Source: an uncultured Gemmatimonadales bacterium
GTDB taxonomy: Bacteria; Gemmatimonadota; Gemmatimonadetes; Gemmatimonadales; GWC2-71-9
DNA: 64,000 nucleotides
Assembly: GCA_963726955.1 (NCBI GenBank)
Contig: CAVSEC010000020.1
Location: forward strand, 6,377-70,376
Reading direction: 5' to 3'
Position 1 is the first letter of the stretch; every line of letters starts with the position of its first letter. Of this stretch, positions 13,636 through 24,146 are shown piece by piece. A model generated the notes under the pieces. It was not told the DNA's origin. It ran no database searches and saw nothing but the letters and a program-made list of their open reading frames with translations. Position numbers and translations under genes: made by a program.

Positions 13636-16274
13636 GGTTTCTCCAGGTCGGCCGCGAAGATGTCGCTCTCGGGCGCGCCAAGCGTCATGTAGAAGACCTT
13701 CCCGTCGGTGGCGAACCCGTACTTGGTGTGCTGGCGGGTCCGGTCATCGAAATCCACCAGGACGGTACTAGCGCCGCCCGCGGCGGGCACCGACCGGATC
13801 GACCATCCCTTCGGAGACCGGGCCATGTAGTAGAGCGTTGCTCCATCCGGCGACCACGCTGCGTAGAACGCCTCAGCGCCGATGTCAGCGTTGGAGACGA
13901 TCAGCGTCTCCGCGCCGCTGTCGACTCGCCGCAGGCGAAGCCCGTCGGGGTGGTGATAGACGATGGACCGACCGTCCGGCGACCAGTCGGCATAGTCTCC
14001 CGTCTTGACCGGGATCAACACCTGGCGGGCACTGTCGGCCAGCGGGAGTATCAGGAGTCCATGTCGGCCGGGCTCAGGACCAATCATCTCGAACAGGATG
14101 GTCTTCCCATCCGGAGCCCAGTCGGCATCGAGTCGCTCGCCCGGTCCCGAGGTCCATTGGTGCAGGTTGGTCCCGTCCGCATCCACCGTGTAGATGTTGC
14201 GGTTTCCGCTCCGGAGCGAGTGGAAGGCGATCCGTCGGCCATCCGGCGACCAGTCGCCGCTGAAATCGGCGGCCGGATCGGTGGTAATCTGCCTGGCCTC
14301 GCCGCCGGCGGCGGGCATGACGTAGAGATCCGGATTGCCCCCGCGATCGGAATCGAAGACCAGCCAGCGGCCATCGGGCGACACGTCCATGTCTTCAATG
14401 ACCTCGTTGCCGGTAGTGACGCGCGTCGCGCCACGAATCGAGACTGGCCCGCGGCTGGGTACCGGGATGGACCAGATGCCGGACCAGGCGTTGAGCCGGG
14501 AGTAGGCCAGGCGACCGTCCTGGCGGCTCAGGCTGAGCCCCTGCGCATCCGTACCGGTCGTGAGGCGCTGCGCCGTTCCCTCCGGCGCTCCTGTGCCACT
14601 GATGCGCTGGCGATAGATATCTCGGCTGCCGTCGCGGTCCGAGATCCAGTAGAGCTCGTGGCCGTCGGCAGACCACTGGGCGGCCGTGTTGAGTGAACTG
14701 TCGGTGGTAACTCTGGCCGGCTTCGTTCCATCGAGGTGCACCAGCCAGATCCCGGAGGAACTAGAGTTGGCGAAGTAGGTGGTCCCGAAGACGAAGCTGG
14801 CGGTGCCGGCCGAGACTGCGATGCTGCGCCCATCGGGTGACCACGCCGGAGAGAAGGCCCCGTGCGGGGCCGCGAGCTTCAGGGAGTCACCGCTGGACAG
14901 CGTCAGCACGGTGACTTCCTCGCGATCGTATCCGAGGGTCCAGGCGATCCGTGACCCATCGGGCGACCAGTCGAATCCCGTGATCGGCGTTCCCCATGTG
15001 ATGCTGAGGCGAAGTGCGGCGGGATCCAGGCGAGTCACCCGGCGCGGGCTGCCGCCGAGCGCGGGCACGACATAGATACCATCGTTGGACTGATAGGCGA
15101 TCTTCGAGCCATCGGGTGACCAGCGGGGCCAGCGGAAGTTGTCGGTCGTGTCATTCGTCAGGGCGACCGGGCGGCCTCCGCTGACCTGGCGGACGTAGAT
15201 CTGCATCGCGTCGGTGGGGCCTGCGGCGTACGCGAGAGTGGCGCCATCGGGCGACAGCGCCGGGTCGACCTCGAGTCCCGGGTCCCTCGTCACCTGTATC
15301 GTGCGTCCGATTGTGACCGCCGGAGCCTCTGCCGAACGATGGCTCACCAATACGACGGCTGCGACCGCCAATAGGAGCCCTGCCAGACCAATTCCGATTA
15401 TCGCACGTGACGGCCCGGTTCGGGCCGGCGTCGCGAGGCTTGTCGGGACGGTGAGGGCGGCGGCGAACTGGGCCGCCGGGCTGAACCGGTCGGCCGGATT
15501 CTTGGCGAGTGAGCGGACGAGCGCGCCGGCCACCGCGGGCGGCACCGTCGGGCGCAGATTGGTGATCGGCGGCGCGTCGGTCATGATGTGCTGCCGGGTG
15601 ATACTCTGGGCCGTGGGCCCGGTGAACGGTGCCTGGCCGCCGAGCATTTCGTAGAGCACGCAGCCGAGGGCGTAGAGATCGCTGCGGCCATCGAGGTTGG
15701 CGTCGCCCGCAGCCTGCTCCGGGCTCATGTAGCGCGGCGTGCCAACCGAGAGACCGGTAGCGGTCAGCTTCTCGGCGCCCGCGCTGCTGATCGCGCGTGC
15801 AATGCCGAAGTCGGCCACGACCGCATGACCCCCTTCGAGGAGAATATTCTCCGGCTTGATGTCGCGATGGATGATGCCGCGCTGGTGGGCGTAGCCGAGG
15901 GCGCCGGCGACCTCCCGCGCGATGCTCAGCGCTTCGTCGATCGGGAGCTGCTTCTGGCGATCGAGCCGCGCGCGCAGTGATTCCCCATCAACCAGCGGCA
16001 TCACGTAGTAGAGGAAGCCGTCGGCCGTACCGGAATCGTAGAGCGGCAGGATGTGCGGGTGACGGAGGTTGGCGGTGGTTTCGATCTCCCGCAGGAACCG
16101 CTCGGCGCCAAGCGCGAGGGCGAGTTCCGGACGCAGCACTTTGATCGCGACCTTGCGGCGATGCTTGAGATCCTCGGCGAGATAGACCGTGGCCATGCCG
16201 CCGCTGCCTAACTCCCGCTCGAGGCGGTAGCTCGCGCGGAGGGCCGAGACCAGGGAGTGGGGCGGATCCGCCAA
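13632..16274 (-). CDS. Ser/Thr kinase K6 with TM helix and TolB/PD40 beta-propeller
   Basis: ORF 13632..16343; the likely start is TTG at 16274 (MADPPHSLVSALRASYRLERELG) by alignment to paralogs. TM AIIGIGLAGLLLAVAAVVLV; WSPDG repeats. Confidence 0.95.
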   Translation of the reverse strand: MADPPHSLVSALRASYRLERELGSGGMATVYLAEDLKHRRKVAIKVLRPELALALGAERFLREIETTANLRHPHILPLYDSGTADGFLYYVMPLVDGESLRARLDRQKQLPIDEALSIAREVAGALGYAHQRGIIHRDIKPENILLEGGHAVVADFGIARAISSAGAEKLTATGLSVGTPRYMSPEQAAGDANLDGRSDLYALGCVLYEMLGGQAPFTGPTAQSITRQHIMTDAPPITNLRPTVPPAVAGALVRSLAKNPADRFSPAAQFAAALTVPTSLATPARTGPSRAIIGIGLAGLLLAVAAVVLVSHRSAEAPAVTIGRTIQVTRDPGLEVDPALSPDGATLAYAAGPTDAMQIYVRQVSGGRPVALTNDTTDNFRWPRWSPDGSKIAYQSNDGIYVVPALGGSPRRVTRLDPAALRLSITWGTPITGFDWSPDGSRIAWTLGYDREEVTVLTLSSGDSLKLAAPHGAFSPAWSPDGRSIAVSAGTASFVFGTTYFANSSSSGIWLVHLDGTKPARVTTDSSLNTAAQWSADGHELYWISDRDGSRDIYRQRISGTGAPEGTAQRLTTGTDAQGLSLSRQDGRLAYSRLNAWSGIWSIPVPSRGPVSIRGATRVTTGNEVIEDMDVSPDGRWLVFDSDRGGNPDLYVMPAAGGEARQITTDPAADFSGDWSPDGRRIAFHSLRSGNRNIYTVDADGTNLHQWTSGPGERLDADWAPDGKTILFEMIGPEPGRHGLLILPLADSARQVLIPVKTGDYADWSPDGRSIVYHHPDGLRLRRVDSGAETLIVSNADIGAEAFYAAWSPDGATLYYMARSPKGWSIRSVPAAGGASTVLVDFDDRTRQHTKYGFATDGKVFYMTLGAPESDIFAADLEKP

Positions 16275-16301
16275 TGGTTTCCAAGGTGGGAGAGGTGGCG
16301 T

Positions 16302-16330
16302 AGTATAGGAATCCCCGGCCATGACGGCCA
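16302..16330 (-). promoter_or_regulatory. Candidate sigma70-type promoter for the K6-K2 block
   Basis: Minus strand TGGCCG-17 nt-TATACT, about 30 nt upstream of the K6 TTG start. Confidence 0.45.
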
Positions 16331-16357
16331 GTGCGGTGCGCATCCTCGTGACAGCGG

Positions 16358-17635
16358 ATGAACGGCGACATGGCCCGACTGCTCGTCCTCTTCGTGACCG
16401 CGTTCGTGGACATGGTTGGCCTCACCATGATCATCCCCCTGCTGCCCTACTACGCCTCGGCATTCGGGGCCAACGCCCTGATGGTCGGCGTCCTCATCTC
16501 AGCGTTCTCAGTTGCGCAGCTCGCGGTGGCGCCGGGGTGGGGGAAGTTCTCCGACCGCTACGGCCGGCGTCCCGTCATCCTCGCCGGACTGCTGCTGACC
16601 GGCGCGTCGTACGCGCTGTTCGCCTTTGCCGGTTCGATGACGGCGCTGCTGATCACCCGGCTGATCCAGGGCGCGGGCGGCGGCACCATCGGGGTGGTGC
16701 AGGCCTACGTCGCCGACTCGTCGACCGCCGAGGAGCGGACCAAGAGCCTGGGCTGGCTCTCGGTGGTCACCAGCCTTGGCGCCGTAGCCGGGCCCGCGTT
16801 CGGCTCCGCGATGATCAGCCTCGGCGGCCACCGCGCGCCCGGGCTCGCCTCCGCGACCCTCTCGCTCATGGTCGCCACCTTCGCATGGCGCTTCCTGCGC
16901 GAGTCCCACGGATTGCGGCCGTCGGCAGGTCATCGGGTCCCTTCGGCAACGACCAGCCGGGTGGCGATCCTGCGGGTGGTGACCCACTGGCGCGAGCCAG
17001 CCTCGCGCCTCATCTGGATCTACACAGTCGCGATCGGCGCCTTCTACGGCACGATCCAGACGGCGCCGCTGCTACTCTCGGGCCGCTTCGGCGTCACCGA
17101 GCAGAACATCGGCTACTTCGTGATGTATCTCGGTGGCATGGGGGTCGTAGTCCGGTCGCTCATTCTCGGTCGCATGGTCAGCCGCCTCGGGGAGGCGCGG
17201 CTCTCGCGTCTCGGCATGGTCCTGCTCGCCCTCGGGCTCGCCGGCACTGGCCTGGCGAACGGCTATCTCGCGCTCGCCGCGGGATTCACCCTCATGCCTA
17301 TCGGAACTGCCTTCATCTTCCCCTGCGTGACCGGGCTGCTCTCGCAGGTGGTGGCCTCAAACGAGCGCGGCCTCTACATGGGAGTGCAGCACACCTTCGG
17401 CGGGGTGTCGCGGGTCGCGTTCCCGATCGCGGCAGGCTTCCTGATGGATCATGCGGGCCTTGGCGTGCCCTTCCTGCTTTCCGGGGTCCTCGTGCTGGCG
17501 ACGCTGCCACTCACCGCTGCGCTTCTGACCCTCGCACCAGCCGACGCCTCGACCTCTGTGCCGGAGATCTCGGTCGCGGAGCTGACGGGAGAGTTCCCGG
17601 TGATGGAAGCGGGCGAGCAGGGAGGTAGTACCTGA
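16358..17635 (+). CDS. MFS transporter, TetA/MdtG-like drug:H+ antiporter family
   Basis: 425 aa, about 12 hydrophobic segments, motif A GKFSDRYGRRPV, N-terminal TAFVDMVGLTMIIPLLPYY. Confidence 0.93.
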   Translation: MNGDMARLLVLFVTAFVDMVGLTMIIPLLPYYASAFGANALMVGVLISAFSVAQLAVAPGWGKFSDRYGRRPVILAGLLLTGASYALFAFAGSMTALLITRLIQGAGGGTIGVVQAYVADSSTAEERTKSLGWLSVVTSLGAVAGPAFGSAMISLGGHRAPGLASATLSLMVATFAWRFLRESHGLRPSAGHRVPSATTSRVAILRVVTHWREPASRLIWIYTVAIGAFYGTIQTAPLLLSGRFGVTEQNIGYFVMYLGGMGVVVRSLILGRMVSRLGEARLSRLGMVLLALGLAGTGLANGYLALAAGFTLMPIGTAFIFPCVTGLLSQVVASNERGLYMGVQHTFGGVSRVAFPIAAGFLMDHAGLGVPFLLSGVLVLATLPLTAALLTLAPADASTSVPEISVAELTGEFPVMEAGEQGGST

Positions 17636-17814
17636 CACGCCCGCTCGGCGCGGAGCGGTCGATCCTTGAAGAGTGACTTCGACGGCTTGACGCGGCCCGG
17701 GCTGCCCGACTTTCCCGGCAGTCGCTGCCGGTGTCCTCGACGGAGCCTCGGCGTCGACCACGTCACCCGACACCTCCTGCCACGATCAGTGCCCGTGCAC
17801 CGCCGGGTCGAGCC

Positions 17815-20448
17815 TCACCGCGGCAGCTTCTGCTCCAGCAATCTCCTCCAGTTCAGGATGACGTGCGTGGCCAGCGCTTCCGGCCTGACGATCGGCGTAA
17901 CCAGCAGGAAGCGATCCCCATCCGGCGTGACATCATACCCCACCGAACGATTGTCGAGCTGTCCGGCATCCGGCTTCCGGAAGAGCATGGTCGCGGTCCC
18001 GACCTCGCCGGTAGCCGGCTGGAAGGCGACGGCCAGCATCGCGTCACCCTTCCGGTAGACGATCTCACGGCCTCCCCTGGTCCAGCGCGGCTGGCGCCCG
18101 CCATCGGCCGAGACCTGGATCCGGCCGCCACGACCCTCCAGCGGGCGCACGAAGACCTGCGGCTGCTCGTTCTGATTGTACTCCTCATAGGCGATCCACC
18201 TGCCATCCGGCGCGAAGGAGCCGCTGCGCTGGGTGGCGCCCCGATCGTCCACCGGCGTCGAGGCTCCTCCCGCGACCGGCCGAAGCAGCAGGCGGTCGTG
18301 GTTCAGCGTCTCGGTGTAAGCCAGCGTTCGGCCATCGGGACTGATCGACGCCGCGCGCTTGTCGTAGGGGGTCGCGAGCACTTCCGCATCCGGGGCGCTG
18401 GCGTCGATCGGGATGCGGTGCAGGTCGTAGACGGGGTCTTCGAAGGTGTACACAAGGGAGCGACTGTCGGGCAGCCAGTGCGCGTCGAAGGCCGCACCCT
18501 GCGCCCGGGTCAGTTGGGTGAGCACCTTCCGGCTCCGTTCGAAGAGCCAGAGGTCCCGCTTCGGCTCCGTCTGGGTCAGCGCGATCCACTTGCCGTCCGG
18601 CGACAGGCGCGGTTCCGCCCACGAGCCACCCGCGGGTAGTGCCGGCTCCTCGTGGCCGGAGCGGTCGGACCAGACCACCTGGCGGTCGACATTCCAATCC
18701 GACGCCTTGAGGTAGACCATGGTACCGTTGTCGGCGACGGAGAAGCCGGCCGAGCCGTTGTATGGTTGCCAGGCCACACCGTCGATGACCGGCACCGCGG
18801 TCCCGGTGATCCTGAGTTTCGCCGGGTCGAACCGCGTGGCAAAGACGGCGCCATCGCGCGCATACAGCAGGTAGCCGTCGGCGACATACCGGCCGAAGAT
18901 TGCTCCCTCCACGAGGACCGTTCGCCGGCCGGTCGCCAATTCCACCGCCTCAATCCGTGCCCGACTGAACGGCGTGGCATAGCTGGTAAAGATCGCCGTG
19001 CGCCCCCCGGGAAGGACCTGTGGAAACCAGTGCGCAAATTCCCGCCGGGTCGTGTCGAGGGTGGTCAGCTGCGTCGCCATGCCCCCCGACGCCGGGACGG
19101 ACCAGAGCCCGGCGTTGGACTTGGTATAGATGATGGTCGCGTCTTCGAGCGCCCACCCCGATCCCGAGTTGTTGGAGTCGGCCAGTACGGTCGGCGGTCC
19201 GCCGGCCGCCGGGATCTTGTACAGCTTTCCATTCCGCTGATAGGCAATCCAGCGACCATCGTGCGAGAACTCGGGCCATTGGGCGCCTTCCGACCCCGCG
19301 ATGGGGCAGATCACGGTGGAGCCGAGCTCGCGCACGAGGAGGCCATCGACGCCGGCCGAATCCTGGACCGCCTGCACGATGCGCTGCCCATCCAGCGAGA
19401 TGATCACGCCGGCCTGGTCGACGCCCCCATCGCCCAGCCGGAAGGCGAACTCCACCGGCGCCGAGGGCACGCCCTGTGATGTGGCTCCGCGGATCAGCCA
19501 TCCGGCGGCGAGCGCCAGTGCGACGGCGGTGAGTCCCACCGCAATGCGGGCCGGGCGGGGCGCTATGACCGGCGCTCCACGCATGGCCCGGGTGCGGACC
19601 GCGCCACGCGGCGACTCGAACTTGCCATCCAGCGCGGCCGCAAACTCCGCGGCGCTGCCAAAACGGTCGGCCGGGAGCTTCTCCAGCGCGGTGAGCACCG
19701 CCGCCTCGACATGGGCGGGGATGGTGTGCCGCTGGCTGGTCAGCGACCGGGGATGTTCGGTGACGACTCGCGCGACGATAGCCTGCGCCGTCGATCCGGT
19801 AAAAGGCGGATCACCGGTGAGCATCTCGTAGAGCACGCAGCCCAGCGCATAGACATCGCTCCGGGCGGTGATCTCCCGTTCCCCCATCGCCTGTTCGGGG
19901 GACATGTACTGCGGCGTGCCGAGCGACATCCCGGTCTCGGTCATTCGGGAGCCCGCCTTGCTGGCGGCGAGTGCGATGCCGAAATCGGCGACGAGGGCGC
20001 TGCCGTCGTGCAGCAGGATATTCTCGGGCTTGATGTCCCGATGAATCACCCCATGGCGGTGGGCATAGTCGAGCGCGCTGGCAATCTCAGTCGCGATGCG
20101 ACACGCCTCGCCGATCGGCAGCTGCTTCTCCCGTGCCATCCGGTCGCGGAGCGAAATGCCTTCGACGTAGGGCATCACGTAGAAGAGGAAGGAGTCCGCT
20201 TCCCCTGAATCGAAGAGCGGCAGGATGTGCGGGTGCTGCAGATTCGCGGTGGTCTTGATTTCGGCGAGGAATCGCTCGGCACCGATCACGGCGGCGAGCT
20301 CCGGCCGCAGCACCTTGATCGCGACCTGGCGGTCGTGCTTGAGGTCCTGTGCGAGATAGACGGTCGCCATGCCGCCCTGGCCCAGCTCCCGCTCGAGTAG
20401 ATAGCGGTCGGCGAGGGCGGTGGTCAGGCGGTCGATCGCGTCCGTCAC
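17815..20448 (-). CDS. Ser/Thr kinase K7 with TM helix and TolB/PD40 beta-propeller
   Basis: Intact 877-aa ORF with Hanks motifs and TM IAVGLTAVALALAAGWLI. GTGA overlap with the K8 stop. Confidence 0.96.
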   Translation of the reverse strand: MTDAIDRLTTALADRYLLERELGQGGMATVYLAQDLKHDRQVAIKVLRPELAAVIGAERFLAEIKTTANLQHPHILPLFDSGEADSFLFYVMPYVEGISLRDRMAREKQLPIGEACRIATEIASALDYAHRHGVIHRDIKPENILLHDGSALVADFGIALAASKAGSRMTETGMSLGTPQYMSPEQAMGEREITARSDVYALGCVLYEMLTGDPPFTGSTAQAIVARVVTEHPRSLTSQRHTIPAHVEAAVLTALEKLPADRFGSAAEFAAALDGKFESPRGAVRTRAMRGAPVIAPRPARIAVGLTAVALALAAGWLIRGATSQGVPSAPVEFAFRLGDGGVDQAGVIISLDGQRIVQAVQDSAGVDGLLVRELGSTVICPIAGSEGAQWPEFSHDGRWIAYQRNGKLYKIPAAGGPPTVLADSNNSGSGWALEDATIIYTKSNAGLWSVPASGGMATQLTTLDTTRREFAHWFPQVLPGGRTAIFTSYATPFSRARIEAVELATGRRTVLVEGAIFGRYVADGYLLYARDGAVFATRFDPAKLRITGTAVPVIDGVAWQPYNGSAGFSVADNGTMVYLKASDWNVDRQVVWSDRSGHEEPALPAGGSWAEPRLSPDGKWIALTQTEPKRDLWLFERSRKVLTQLTRAQGAAFDAHWLPDSRSLVYTFEDPVYDLHRIPIDASAPDAEVLATPYDKRAASISPDGRTLAYTETLNHDRLLLRPVAGGASTPVDDRGATQRSGSFAPDGRWIAYEEYNQNEQPQVFVRPLEGRGGRIQVSADGGRQPRWTRGGREIVYRKGDAMLAVAFQPATGEVGTATMLFRKPDAGQLDNRSVGYDVTPDGDRFLLVTPIVRPEALATHVILNWRRLLEQKLPR

Positions 20449-23162
20449 TTGCCACGCCCGGTACGTTGCCGCAGCTCCTGGATCCAGTTCACCACCATCA
20501 CCAGGTTTCGGTTCTCTTCGACCGGCCGGATCATGACGAAGCTTCCGTCCGGCGCCGCGTCATAGTTCGGATGGTACAGGTCGGTCGCGAAGGGACCTTC
20601 GAACAGCGTCGCGCGTCCGGTCACGGCCAGCGCCGGCAACGTGGCGATCGTCGCCGCCATCACCTTGCTGCCCGCACGATAAAAGAGTCGTTTACCGTTC
20701 CGCTCCCAGAGCGGCTCCCCGCCGCCGCCGGTGGACACCGGGGTTCGTCCGCCAGCTCCCGACAGCGCACGCACATAGACCTCTTCCCGCCCTGATTCGT
20801 TCGACACGTAGGCCACCCATTTCCCATCCGGTGAAACCCTCGGCTCCTTGTCGTCATTGATATTCACCAGGAAGGGCACCGGCTTCTGATCCCCGGTGAG
20901 CGGCAGCAGGTAGATATCACGATTGTTGTCAGGCGTATCGACCCGATACATGACCGCCTGGCCATCCGGAGTAAACACGCCTTCGCGAATCGGGTTCGGG
21001 TCCTCCCGCAACATCCTCGCGTTGGCACTGCCATCGGCCGGCTGCCACCAGAGCGCATTGGCCGGCGCGCGAGATGAGGTGTACATCACCCGGCGACCGT
21101 CGGGTGACCACTCGGGCCGGTTGTTGTACCCCTCGCGAGTCAGCCGCTCTGTCGTGTGATCGCCGAGGTCGGTGATCCAGATGTCCGCCCCGGAGGCTCC
21201 CTGAACCTCGAGCGCGATGCGGCGACCATCGGGTGACAAGCGGGGATGCAGGTATGCCTGGACCGAATCGAGGAGCACCCGGGACCCGCCGTGCGGGTCC
21301 ACACTTACCAGCTGGCTGGCGGTGCCGCCTCGCTGGTACACCAGCGAACCGCTCGCCGAGAGCGCGATGGGAGCATTCCACGCGGACGAGGGCACCGCAA
21401 CACTGTCGGATATCTGGAGCGGGGCCCCAACCCGCAAGCTATTCCGGTCAAACGGCACCGCCATGAGCGCGCCGTCGCCGCGTACGTAAAGCAGGAGGTC
21501 ATCCACGAGACCGATGGCGCGGGCGCCCCGAAGTTCCGGGAACACGGTGGACTTGCCGTTCCCGGCCTGAACCACGCCCATCCTCAGGTCCGCGTTGCCG
21601 GCGACGGTGCTGCTGTAGAAGACCAGCCGGCCGTTGTCCGCCGATCGGGGCGCCAGTTGCAGGCGCTCGCCGCTGGCGCTGTCCAACCGGGAAAACTGGA
21701 CCGGCTCTCCGCCATCGGAGGATACCCGCCAGAGGCCGCGCCCCTCAGAGTAGGTTCCCCTGGCGAAGACGATCTCCCGGTCGGAGGTCCAGGTAAGCCC
21801 GCCACCGACGCTGGCGCTATTGTCCAGCGGGCAGATTGTAGTGAGGGCGCTTCCGTCGACGGCGATCTTCTTGAGCTTGCCGTCGGCAGAACGAAATGCG
21901 ACCCACCGGCCGTCGGGCGAGAACTCCGGATTGAACCCGCCCTCGGTCCCCGGCAAGGCCCGGGACGCAAGTTGATCGAAGCTTCTGAGGTACAGCATCC
22001 AGCTGCCGCTCACCGGGGATCCCGCGAACACCGCCAGCCGGCCGTCGGGTGACAGGGCAACCTGAGACCCGACACCCGCCACTGGAAACGCGATCCTGGT
22101 GCCGGGTGCCGGTTGCAACTCGAAGCGGACGACGGCGGCCGGAACCACGGGCGAACCGGCGTGCAGCCAGCCCCAGGCCGCCACAATCGCCGCGAGGCCA
22201 AACGCCACTGCCCAAGGGAGCGGTGATCTCACGCTCCACTTGCTCACCGGCGCCATCGCCGCAGCGGTCGTGCGGGGCCGGGTCGCTCCGCCCTGCCCTT
22301 CGAGCGCCGCGACGAAGGCGGCGGCGGTCGGCCACCGGTCTGCCGGGAGCTTGGCGAGGGCAACCAGCACGGCATCTTCGATCGCCTCCGGCACAGTGTC
22401 GCGGAACTTCGACATCGGCACCGGCTTTTCGGTCATCACCTTGGCCACGATCGCCTGTGCCGTCGGGCCGGTGAAGGGCGGCTCTCCCAGCAGCATCTCA
22501 TACGTCACGCAGCCGAGGGCGTACACATCCGAGCGCGCGGTGATCTCGCGCTCGCCCATCGCCTGCTCGGGGCTCATGTAGGTCGGGGTACCGAGCGACA
22601 TGCCGGTCTCCGTCATCCGCGCACCGCCCGCCTTGCTGGCCGCCAGCGCGATACCGAAGTCGGCCACGAGCGCTCGGCCGTCGTGCAGCAGGATGTTCTC
22701 CGGCTTGATGTCGCGATGAATCACGTTGTGCCGGTGGGCGTAGTCGAGCGCGCCGGCCACTTCGGTGGCGATGCGCACCGCGTCCGCAATGGGCAGCTGC
22801 TTTTCCCGCTTCAGGCGGTCGCGCAGTGATTCGCCGTCGATGAAGGGCATCACGTAATACAGATATTGGGCGATTGGGCGATTGGGCGATTCGGCTGACG
22901 TACTCGCCACCCCCGAATCGAAGAGCGGCAGGATTTGCGGGTGCTGCAGATTGGCCGTGGTCTTGATCTCGCTGAGGAACCGCTCGGCGCCGATCACCGC
23001 CGCGAGTTCGGGGCGCAGCACCTTGATCGCGACCTGACGATCGTGCTTCAGGTCGTGGGCCAGGTACACCGTGGCCATGCCGCCCTGGCCCAGCTCCCGC
23101 TCGAGGCGGTAGCGGTCACCCAGCGCAGTGGCCAGCGCAGCCATTGTCGATCCAGCGGTCAT
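20445..23162 (-). CDS. Ser/Thr kinase K8 with TM helix and TolB/PD40 beta-propeller
   Basis: Intact 905-aa ORF with Hanks motifs and TM LPWAVAFGLAAIVAAWGWL. ATGA overlap with the phosphatase stop. Confidence 0.96.
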   Translation of the reverse strand: MTAGSTMAALATALGDRYRLERELGQGGMATVYLAHDLKHDRQVAIKVLRPELAAVIGAERFLSEIKTTANLQHPQILPLFDSGVASTSAESPNRPIAQYLYYVMPFIDGESLRDRLKREKQLPIADAVRIATEVAGALDYAHRHNVIHRDIKPENILLHDGRALVADFGIALAASKAGGARMTETGMSLGTPTYMSPEQAMGEREITARSDVYALGCVTYEMLLGEPPFTGPTAQAIVAKVMTEKPVPMSKFRDTVPEAIEDAVLVALAKLPADRWPTAAAFVAALEGQGGATRPRTTAAAMAPVSKWSVRSPLPWAVAFGLAAIVAAWGWLHAGSPVVPAAVVRFELQPAPGTRIAFPVAGVGSQVALSPDGRLAVFAGSPVSGSWMLYLRSFDQLASRALPGTEGGFNPEFSPDGRWVAFRSADGKLKKIAVDGSALTTICPLDNSASVGGGLTWTSDREIVFARGTYSEGRGLWRVSSDGGEPVQFSRLDSASGERLQLAPRSADNGRLVFYSSTVAGNADLRMGVVQAGNGKSTVFPELRGARAIGLVDDLLLYVRGDGALMAVPFDRNSLRVGAPLQISDSVAVPSSAWNAPIALSASGSLVYQRGGTASQLVSVDPHGGSRVLLDSVQAYLHPRLSPDGRRIALEVQGASGADIWITDLGDHTTERLTREGYNNRPEWSPDGRRVMYTSSRAPANALWWQPADGSANARMLREDPNPIREGVFTPDGQAVMYRVDTPDNNRDIYLLPLTGDQKPVPFLVNINDDKEPRVSPDGKWVAYVSNESGREEVYVRALSGAGGRTPVSTGGGGEPLWERNGKRLFYRAGSKVMAATIATLPALAVTGRATLFEGPFATDLYHPNYDAAPDGSFVMIRPVEENRNLVMVVNWIQELRQRTGRGK
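22866..22897. repeat. 8-bp tandem repeat (4 units) inside the K8 kinase domain
   Basis: ttgggcga ttgggcga ttgggcga ttcggctg; encodes AESPNRPIAQ. Confidence 0.88.
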
Positions 23163-24085
23163 GCCGCTCCGCCGTGACGGCGGGCCCGCGCCACGAGGAC
23201 GGTGATGTTGTCACTGCCACCGTCTGCCAACGCCAGGTCCAGCAGGCTATGACAGAGCTGCTCTGACGAGGTCATGGCCCTGATCTCGTCGGCGATCCGC
23301 GCATCGGAGACATGCTTGGTCAGGCCGTCGCTGCAGAGCAGCAGCACCAGTCCGGGAAGATCGAGCCCGATACGGGTGATCTCCGGCTTGGCCTCTTCCC
23401 CGCCGATCGCACTGACGAGCACATGGGTGAACGGGGAACTCGCCATCCGCTCCGGTGGCAGCGCGCCACGGTCCACCAGGTCCTGCGCCATGGTCTGGTC
23501 GCGGGTGACCTGGCGGAGTCCGTCATCGGTGTAGACATAGCATCGGCTGTCGCCCACCTGCACCGCGTAGGCCCACGGCCACACCGCGGTCACCAGGGTG
23601 AGCGTCGTCGCCATCTTGCGGAATTCGGGGTGAGCCGTCGCCGCGGTGCGTACCGCACCGTGCGCCTCAAGCACCGCCGCCTTCAGCGCGTCGAGATAGA
23701 TCTGTTCCTGTCGGCCGCCTGCCGCATGGTAGCAGCGCATCGTGGAGGTGAGATAGCTGGTGATCGTCTCGGCCGTCAGCCGGCTCGCGCCGCCACCTCC
23801 GCCCCCGCTCGCCACACCGTCGGCGACCAGCATGATCGTCGCGAGGCGCTCGCCGCGGAGTGGCAGCTGCTCGGGCTCGGGCAGACTGGTGCCGTGCACG
23901 ACGACTTGCGGGTGCACGGTACAGAGGAGAAAGTGATCCTCGTTCTGCTTCCGTACTTTCCCCGGATGCGTGAGGCCGAAGAGATCCAGCTCGTCATCGA
24001 GCGGCTTCTTCCCCGGCTCGATCGGGATGGTGGCCGTATGAAGTTCGGTGGAGCCCGGGGTGGTGGGATGCCAGAGGGGGGTCAT
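23159..24085 (-). CDS. PP2C/PPM-family Ser/Thr protein phosphatase
   Basis: Motifs GKVRKQNED, LVADG, ATTLT, VGDSRCY, LCSDGL and GGSDNIT. Confidence 0.95.
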   Translation of the reverse strand: MTPLWHPTTPGSTELHTATIPIEPGKKPLDDELDLFGLTHPGKVRKQNEDHFLLCTVHPQVVVHGTSLPEPEQLPLRGERLATIMLVADGVASGGGGGGASRLTAETITSYLTSTMRCYHAAGGRQEQIYLDALKAAVLEAHGAVRTAATAHPEFRKMATTLTLVTAVWPWAYAVQVGDSRCYVYTDDGLRQVTRDQTMAQDLVDRGALPPERMASSPFTHVLVSAIGGEEAKPEITRIGLDLPGLVLLLCSDGLTKHVSDARIADEIRAMTSSEQLCHSLLDLALADGGSDNITVLVARARRHGGAA

Positions 24086-24146
24086 GTTTGGAATCCTCCC
24101 GTTGTCGAGCGGTCTGGTCCACTGTGGGACCTGTCACGGCGCGCGG

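Noticed and set aside
24117-24142. Third partial copy of the ECF motif (GTCCACT...CGGCGC)
   Set aside because: The match is shorter, the spacer is one base longer, and it points antisense into K9; probably chance.
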